Part shown: piece by piece, positions 59,126 through 64,000 of the stretch
How positions within the stretch are numbered: the first letter of the stretch is position 1
Layout: each line of letters starts with the position of its first letter
NCBI GenBank assembly: GCA_001179505.1
Contig: CDMY01000821.1
Span: forward strand, 1 to 64,000
DNA length: 64,000 bases
Direction of reading: 5' to 3'
Origin: Vitrella brassicaformis CCMP3155
Taxonomy: Eukaryota; Protista; Chromerida
Notes under the pieces: model-generated
Told to the model about the DNA's origin: nothing
Database searches by the model: none
The model's input: the letters and a program-made list of their open reading frames with translations, nothing else
Translations under genes and position numbers: made by a program

Positions 59126-62100
59126 TGTGTGGTTCTGACAGGCTTCTGGGTTAAGGTACGCAAGGAGCAACACAGATTGACAAATGAGAATGTACACACG
59201 AGTGTATGTGCGTGTTGATGCGCAGCTCGGGCAGTACCTCAGCAGCAGAGCCGATGCCCTGCCGGAAGCGTTCGTCAGGTGCATAGCATCGCACACAGAC
59301 ACGCACACACATCCAGGTGCACATCTATCCGCTTGCTTACATGAAGCCCGGTGTGTGCTTTGTACGCTCAGCGAGTTGGGTCGTCTGCAGGACGCCATGC
59401 CCTCCGAGCCCTTTGAAGCCATCAAACACGCTGTCGAGACGGAGCTGAAGCGGCCGCTCAATGACCTCTTTGCGTCGTTCGACAAGGCACGCAAGCAAAC
59501 CAAACCCACGTGACAGCATAGCTAGCATCGTGTGTGTGTGTATGTGTGTGTGTGTGGATGATGTGTGCAGTCGCCTCTTGCGAGTGCGTCGATAGCCCAG
59601 GTGCACAGAGCGACACTCAAACAAGACGGCACCAAAGGTCAGGGCAGTGAGTGGGGGCAGGGCAACGAGCCCTTTGCATTTCTGGCACACCACACTGACT
59701 GACTCTTTTGGCTTCTCTGATCGAATCGATCAGTGGTCGTCAAAGTGCAGGTAAGCTTTGGCAGTGGCATTGACTGGCACGTGTGTGTACTATATGGGTG
59801 CAACTACTCCCTATGTGTGTGTGTGTGTTGTCTATGTGGTTGATTCATTCAGCACGCGCACATCGACCGGATCATGCGTCAGGATGTCTCGGACCTTTCT
59901 GCCATCTGCTGGATTGTCGCCAAGCTCGAACCAAGGCATGGCATGCACACTGAGCGAGAGAGTGAGGCCACTGCACACATCTCCCTCGTGTGTGCCTGCC
60001 TGCCTGTGTGTGTGTGGGTCCATCCATCGCCAGGTACGATTTCCGTCCGGTCATCAGCGAGTGGCAGCGGCTGGCCATCAAGGTATGTGGGTCGCTCGCA
60101 TCCACTCCACACAGCCATCCACAAGGCGTGCAATGCAATGCGACGCAATGATTGATGCCTGCAGGAGCTTGATTTCACGATTGAGGGCAGCAACCAGCGG
60201 AGGGCCAGGGAGGCACTCATCAAGGCCAACATACAGGTGGGCATGTGCGGACGGGTTTCGGGTTTAGGGCTTAGGGTTTCGGGTTTAGGGTTAAGGGTTT
60301 ATAAACCCTAAGCCCTAAACCCTACGTGCCCACGTTTGTCCACACGCGCACAAACCACACCACACTGAGTGAGACAGGTGGGTGCAATCATGGTGTGTGC
60401 CTGCAGGTGTCGATTCCGCGGTTGGTCGACAGCCTGATAACGAAGCGCGTCATCGTTATGGAATTTGCAGAGGTTCGCATCGCATCGACGTTTCCCTCAT
60501 GTATTGTCTACGAAATGCGTCTGTCCGTCAGGGCTTCAAGATCACCGACTCTGCGCAGCTGCTGGAGCACCGTGTGACCAACGAAGAGCTCACAAAAGTG
60601 TTCGGGCGGCTGGTGGATGCGTAAGGACAGACAGACAGAGACAGACGTAGCACAGCTCGTGCGCTCATCCATCCATCCATCCATCCACCAACACAAACAC
60701 GTGGTGTGGTCTCTTCCTTGGTGTGTGTGGCGTGTCAGGTTTGCATACGGCATGTTCTGCGACGGGCACTTCAACGGTGGGTGGGGCGATGCGATGCGAT
60801 GCACTCACTGCACACGAGTGCACACACGCATACATAGGTATATCCATGGCCGGCCGGACCTGTATACACACACGTTCAGGCGACCCTCACCCTGGCAATA
60901 TTCTGCTGCACGTCAAAGAGCAAGAGGGAGACCGACAGCTCACCGGTAGGTAGTGAGCCATACACACACACGCACACACACACATGCACATCCACACACA
61001 CAAATTTCTGTCTCTATGTGTTTGTGGTGTGATGCATAGTGACTTTGTTGGACTGGGGTTTGGCCAAGACGTTCGAGCCTCCTGGACAGGTGGCTATCAA
61101 GAGCAAATACAAACGCAGGTAAGTACAACAACAGGGGCACCACGGCACGGGCACCCGTTTTGATGCCTCCCTCCGTGTCACGGATGCGTGCATGCAGGTC
61201 GCGGCCCATGATGCGATACATTGACTCCCGTCTGGCCTTCGCCAAACTGGTGGCCTGTGTGGCCGCCAAAAACAGCAACGGGTACGTGTGGACAGACTGG
61301 ATGGATGTACCTCTGTACACTCTGAATATACGCATCGCATCGACGTCGGTTCGTCTGTCTGTCTGTCTGTCTGCCTGTCTGCCCGTTTCTACAACCGTGC
61401 AGGTTGATCGAGGCCTTTGAGGAGCTGGGTAGGCACAGCACAGCACAGCATCATCTGATCTGTTGCTAGATAGATCTCTGTGTACGTCACGTGTGCGATA
61501 TATGCGACCGACCGATGTGGAGGTTTTGAGTTCTTTCACGACGAGATTGAGCCGCAGATGGGGATAGAGGTCATGCGCTTTGTGATGCGCGACACACAGA
61601 CCAAGGAGAGGGCGGCCAGCATCACCAAACGGAGGTGACAGACACACACACCGACACACAGACAGCAACCATACCGTGGTATGGGTGGCTGACATTGGCT
61701 GCGTGAGTGCAGGATGCGTGCTGACATGGACAAGTTCCAGCGCGAGCAGAAGGAGAAGAAACGAGACCCCGTTGACGCATTCCCCGGTGAGTACTCACCA
61801 CGCACCGCACACCCACACGTGCACTGCACTGCTCACACACACATGGCTACCAGTCTAGGTGTGTCGTGTCACATCCATCAGGTGAGATCATTTTCTTCTT
61901 TCGAGTCACTTTCCTGCTGCACGGACTCGCGAGTATACACACACACACACACTGAGATGAATGACATCCATGTGCTAATGAATGGTCCATCGCTGTCTGT
62001 CTGTCGTCTTGTGTTGTGTGGATGCGACACAGGTCGTCTGGCGATTCGGTATGCATTCCTGAGCACGCTCGAGCGGCGGGCGACTGAGGCCGTCAACAGA

Positions 62101-64000
62101 CACAGACTCGAAACATGCCACACACATGACATCGGTACCTACGGCAATGAAATGCGCATGGCGCATGCGCCTTCATGCCATGCGTTGTGGGCCGGGTGTG
62201 GTGTGTTCCATGGGTGTGTGTGTGTCCAGATGACAATGCAGCTCTGTTGCGGATACGCGACAAAGTCAATCACGTATGTGCATGGCGTGCGTGGGCAGCA
62301 ACTGATGGAACCTCTTGTTTGGACACGTGTGTGTGTGTGTTTTGTGGCTGTGTGCGTGTGTGTGTGCAGGATGGTGGCGACTCGTGCCCCATCCGCTCGA
62401 TGCCTGAATACACCAAGGCCTACGGACTGCACAAACACGTAACGACACCCCACCTTTAGCCATCATGGCCATAGGTAGCGTGAATCCGTGTGCGTGTTTG
62501 TTTGCTTGTTTGTTTGTGTGCAGAACGGCGCTGTGAGCGGCATCGAGAGGGCGTTGCAGGAGTGCATGGACGAGCTGTGGAGAGACGAGGTGCGGATGGG
62601 AGCACGTCAACATGCCTTGGAATGTATGTTTCAATGTGTGTGGGTATTGCTGTGCGTGTGTGTGTGTGTGTTCAGTGGGTGCTCGGGGCCCAGTGCAGCG
62701 TTTACGTGAGCAGCCAGAAGGTGGCCGACGTGTGTGTGGGGCAGTGCGGGCCGCTCGATCCAATGCCCGTCAGACCAGGTAGGTCAACCCACACACACCT
62801 TACGCACACACACATACGTACACCTACGTGTTGTGAATGAGTCTGCTCGTGCGTGTGCAGATACGGTCTTCAACACATTCAGCGTGACCAAGGCCATAGG
62901 GGCGACAGCTGTGCTGCAGCTGGTCGACCGCAACGTCATCCACCTCGATACAAAAATTGCCGACATCTGGTGAAAGCCTGCGGTGTTGCACACTCATACC
63001 ACACACGGCGTTGGTATGAACGGTTTGTATAGGCCCGGGTTCGGTCAAAACGGCAAGGAGAACATCACTGTCGCGCAGGCACTCGCACACACGGCTGGTG
63101 GGTGGGTGGGGGGGCTGGTGGGTATGCACGTGTCACTCACTCATTGCTGTCATTCTATGCTGTTGTGGGACTTAAGGTCTGTACCACCTGATCCCGCCCA
63201 ACATGACGACGAGCAAGCTGTGTGACTTCAACCTCATGGCACACGAGATCGCCAAAGCCAAACCTCTCCACGAACCGGGAACACGACAGGCACGTATCCA
63301 TCGTATGCTATGTACGTCTCGTCCAGTCCACTCCCCCTTTCATTTATGTTATGTTATCGGCGGTGCAGGTGTATCACTACATCACCTACGGCTGGCTCAT
63401 TGGCGGCATCATCCAACATGCACTCCAAACCACCACCGACACCCACACCGACACCCAGTCCACAGGCACCGCCGCAAAGGACCACCACCAACAGGACGGC
63501 GGGTACGGTACCTTCACACAGATGCATGCGCAACCAACCCACAGCATATAGCCATCCCGCCTCCCTCCCCCGTGTGCAGGTCGATCGTGTCTTGCTTCGT
63601 CCGTAATTCGATTGCTGCGCCGCTGGGTTTGGCTGATGAGCTCATCGTGGGCCTCACACCGGACGTCATGGCCAGAAGGGGTGAGTGAGTCAGCCAGATG
63701 GATGGATGGATGGATGGGTGCATGATAGGCATGTACGCACACACGTCTGTGTTCTTGGGTGTGCAGGCAAGGTGGCGAGTCTGCACAAGCCTCCGTCCAC
63801 AACAGTCAGCGAACAGGTGGGTGCGCCGCGCCGCGCCCTGGTCAAGTCACGTGTGTGCGCTCTGTGTCTATCGGCATGTGTCTGTGTCTGTGTCTGTGTA
63901 GGAGGTGGAGAGCGCTATAGAGCGGCTGGAGGACACACTACAGGACGGAGAGGGCGGCACCAAGGAAACGTACACAGACAGACAGACAGACAGTAGGAAG
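56582..64000 (+). CDS. FYVE zinc finger - TM - ABC1/UbiB atypical kinase - beta-lactamase-like serine hydrolase fusion protein (3' end outside window; start 56582 or 56705)
   Basis: FYVE: WMP|NDASRVCLGC..RRHHCR|SCGGLFCHRC..R|VCHSC. ABC1: GFWVK|LGQYLSSRAD, LQDAMP, PLASASIAQVHRA, VVVKVQ, ELDFTIEG, VMEFAE, GDPHPGNIL, LLDWGLAK. Beta-lactamase: TFSVTK, HTAG, YHYITYGW. The linking exons are all in frame. Confidence 0.8.
60237..60333. repeat. Telomere-like palindromic hairpin at the 5' end of an ABC1-gene intron
   Basis: (GGGTTTA/C)-type units, then a perfect 16-bp palindrome agggtttataaaccct and CCCTAA units; flanked by gtgggcatgt...acgtgcccac (10-bp inverted repeat, one mismatch) starting at the GT donor. 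Confidence 0.85.

Larger units (their letters stand above)
1406..63999. repeat. Pervasive intronic microsatellites: (CA/TG)n, (ACAG/CTGT)n, (GGAT/ATCC)n, (GCAG/CTGC)n, (GGGA/TCCC)n, (CACAA/TTGTG)n
   Basis: Seen in most introns and UTRs across the window; they account for most of the spurious six-frame ORFs (HTHT, CVCV, TDRQ, LSVC runs). Confidence 0.95.

Noticed and set aside
1-64000. tRNA, rRNA or snRNA genes and autonomous transposons
   Set aside because: No cloverleaf or T-loop consensus, rRNA-like tract, or RT/transposase/integrase motif recognised by eye; tRNAscan-SE and Infernal would be needed to exclude small RNAs formally.

Overview
Gene-dense, intron-rich, GC-rich eukaryotic nuclear DNA from a photosynthetic alveolate with a complex plastid. 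It is probably a chromerid such as Vitrella brassicaformis; this is an inference from bipartite/tripartite plastid-targeting leaders, short microsatellite-filled introns and TTTAGGG repeats. By manually joining exons at GT/GC-AG boundaries I support about 16 protein-coding genes: a BRO1-domain protein, an FMR1/FXR-like KH protein, plastid SBPase, a CAMK-type kinase with a long unknown tail, an FtsX/MacB-like permease, an eIF2B-epsilon-like protein, GLTP, organellar uL11, an S10 carboxypeptidase-like type I membrane protein, Psb27, a CSC1/OSCA/TMEM63-like channel, a partial USP, kanadaptin, a BSD protein, one hypothetical ORF, and a FYVE-TM-ABC1 kinase-beta-lactamase gene running off the right end. 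No rRNA, tRNA, CRISPR or autonomous transposon was recognised, and there are three 300-N gaps. Most notable observations: (1) an unbroken in-frame exon chain fuses a PI3P-binding FYVE finger to an ABC1/UbiB kinase-beta-lactamase; (2) palindromic telomere-repeat elements lie in a bidirectional promoter and around an intron 5' splice site; (3) many introns carry complementary microsatellites at their two ends, suggesting structure-assisted splicing; (4) a ~440-bp element with conserved splice-like signals is duplicated in inverted orientation 45 kb apart; (5) several proteins have lost catalytic residues or domains; (6) head-to-head gene pairs are very compact. All exon structures were read by eye and need RNA-seq confirmation.
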